Assembly (NCBI GenBank): GCA_944320815.1
Contig: CALUIZ010000005.1
Location: 13,597 to 77,596 of the forward strand
DNA from: an uncultured Phocaeicola sp.
Lineage (GTDB): Bacteria > Bacteroidota > Bacteroidia > Bacteroidales > Bacteroidaceae
Length of the DNA stretch: 64,000 bases
Reading direction: 5' to 3'
The first letter of the stretch is position 1; the number at the start of each line of letters is the position of its first letter. A program made the position numbers and the translations under genes. The notes under the pieces were generated by a model, which saw nothing but the letters and a program-made list of their open reading frames with translations, had not been told where the DNA came from and did not search any database. This document shows, piece by piece, positions 62,818 through 64,000 of this stretch.

Positions 62818-63415
62818 CGGTGTCACAATGAAGCGGAAACGGCGGTCCGGCTTTCAAATGGGCGTAAAAAATCCGTTTCCCGTGACAGCTCATCCGAGGC
62901 TTCCGCGTGTTCCGGAGGCGATTCCTTAACGAATGCAAACGTTTGCCCCCTTCAGAAGCCTTGCAGACGGGGTGAAACGCGGCAACTTCTGCCCGAAAAA
63001 TTCAAATCCGACGGGGAAAACCTCGGAAAACGTCCCGGCAAGTTCGTTAAATCGAGCGCGGAAGTCCGTGCGTTTGTGCGCACAGCTTGGAGAAGGGATG
63101 GAGAAGCCCGGAAAAAAGACGGTTTTTTCTGTAGAATTGTCTTTCCGGAAGCCGGTTCTGAAGTGGCGTAAAGAAGCGGAAAACGTGCGTTTGCTTTTCT
63201 TTCAGACGGCTTGTCGGGCGATTCGTTGTCTCGGTGCGACGGAAAGCGCGTGCGGGCAACCGGAATGACAATCGCCGGACGCGCCTCCTTGCTTTCCTCG
63301 CGCATTCCGCTTCCTCCGGCCCGAAATACGGCATTCTCGGCGGTCCGGATTGCCGTTTTGTCAGAATGTCACGTCGGTTGTGCGGAAGAACACTTGCAAT
63401 AACCGGAAAAAATAT

Positions 63416-63423
63416 TATCTTTG
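63416..63423 (+). promoter_or_regulatory. putative -7 box (TATCTTTG) for the propeller-sensor gene
   Basis: tatctttg lies 24 nt upstream of the ATG at 63447. Confidence 0.45.
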
Positions 63424-63446
63424 CGTCATCATAATGAACGACGGCT

Positions 63447-64000
63447 ATGAAAATAAAAAACATATTGTTGCCTTTCTGCCTTTTCTTCTTCTCTTTTGTG
63501 TCCGTCTACGGCGGACATCAACACACTTTTCGCGGGCTTTCGGGGGCGGACGGCCTCTCCGACCTGACGGTATGCGCCCTGTACAAAGACTCGTGCGGGT
63601 ACGTGTGGATGGGCACTTCCACTTCGCTTGAACGCTTCGACGGGGTTCACGTGAAGCATTACCCGATTCCCGGCGCGAACGAGAAGCTGAAATGGGTGAA
63701 CACCGTCGCCGAAACGTCGGGAGGCACCGTCTGGATGGGAAACGACATGGGGCTTTGGAGGGTGAGCGGAGATTCGCTGGCACGAGTGGCTCCCGACACC
63801 ATCGCGCACGGCGTGCGCTGCATCCGGCAGGGGGCGGACGGCACGCTGTATGCGGGCAGCGAGACGGGGCTTTACCTGTACCGGAACGGCAGGTTCGAGC
63901 ATCGACCGGTGGACGCGAACGTCCTTTCGTCTGGAAACTTCGTCATCAGCATTCATGTGGACGAGCGGAGCGGCACAATCTGGACGGTCACCCGCAACGG
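63447..64000 (+). CDS. two-component-system sensor with N-terminal beta-propeller (Reg_prop-like) repeats, 5' part only; continues beyond the window
   Basis: Manual translation gives MKIKNILLPFCLFFFSFVSVYGGHQHTFRGLSGADGLSDLTVCALYKDSCGYVWMGTSTSLERFDG...TVWMGNDMGLWRV...GTLYAGSETGLYLY. The repeated aromatic-G-T-x-x-GL pattern is typical of propeller domains in hybrid two-component sensors. It is absent from the ORF track because there is no stop in the window. Confidence 0.6.
   Translation, partial: MKIKNILLPFCLFFFSFVSVYGGHQHTFRGLSGADGLSDLTVCALYKDSCGYVWMGTSTSLERFDGVHVKHYPIPGANEKLKWVNTVAETSGGTVWMGNDMGLWRVSGDSLARVAPDTIAHGVRCIRQGADGTLYAGSETGLYLYRNGRFEHRPVDANVLSSGNFVISIHVDERSGTIWTVTRN

Noticed and set aside
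62818-63168. An in-frame 117-codon open extension directly after the TAG stop of the ECF sigma gene. This could be stop-codon read-through or a fused anti-sigma domain.
   Set aside because: The sigma factor already ends at a normal position after region 4.2. The extension translates to Arg/Lys/Ser/Glu-rich sequence with no TM segment or anti-sigma motif. Other frames on both strands are equally open here, so the openness reflects composition rather than coding. It is kept only as part of the ORF-less-tract finding.
62933-63463. ORFs 62933..63268 (+, 111 aa), 62952..63305 (-, 117 aa) and 63047..63463 (-, 138 aa).
   Set aside because: They overlap one another in a stop-poor tract, have no promoter boxes or signal/TM/domain features, and translate implausibly.
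1-64000. A search by eye for CRISPR arrays, IS elements/transposases, integrases, phage genes, restriction-modification or other defence systems, invertible promoters with flanking inverted repeats, and rRNA.
   Set aside because: None was found. There are no regularly spaced repeats beyond the small ones reported. No ORF has transposase, recombinase or nuclease-defence signatures. No inverted-repeat pair flanks a promoter-sized segment. The window appears to be ordinary core chromosome.

Overview
This 64-kb chromosomal segment looks like core genome of a Bacteroidales (Bacteroidota) bacterium. The taxon call rests on two things. The gene content is typical: S46 dipeptidyl-peptidases, the rsmD-adjacent and parB-adjacent conserved unknowns, a BlaR1-TonB fusion, an OMP beta-barrel receptor. 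TAnnTTTG -7 boxes also sit about 20-50 nt upstream of most first-in-operon start codons. I call 51 protein genes, two of which run off the window edges and are absent from the ORF track: asnA at the left and a propeller-type sensor at the right. There are two identical tandem tRNA-Gln(CUG) genes, about 25 promoter boxes and about 15 hairpin terminators. I found no rRNA, CRISPR array, transposase/integrase, prophage, toxin-antitoxin or recognisable defence genes.

The content is mostly housekeeping:
- Information processing and division: asnA, xseAB, aroB, cls, rsmD, alaS, a RelA/SpoT homologue, parAB, ftsH, rsfS, queA.
- Envelope and metabolism: surE-lpxB, cdsA, metF, pstSCAB.
- Peptidases: S8, two S46, M23, M56.
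- Three orphan glycoside hydrolases: GH28, GH29, GH51.

I do not see a clear-cut novel multi-gene system. The best leads, in order:
1. A compact 2-aminoethylphosphonate (phnX/phnW) operon led by an unassigned polytopic membrane protein, with a divergent HTH protein carrying an unassigned C-terminal domain (43.9-48.4 kb).
2. An orphan ECF sigma factor followed by about 0.6 kb of stop-poor, coding-like but ORF-less DNA where an anti-sigma gene is expected (62.3-63.4 kb).
3. A translationally coupled pair of a secreted unknown protein and a LuxR regulator with a pseudo-receiver domain (2.6-4.0 kb).
4. Phased Pho-box-like hexamers upstream of a porin-pstSCAB operon.
5. Adjacent S46 paralogues that differ at the known S1 specificity residue.

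All family assignments come from motif recognition by eye. No searches or computations were run.
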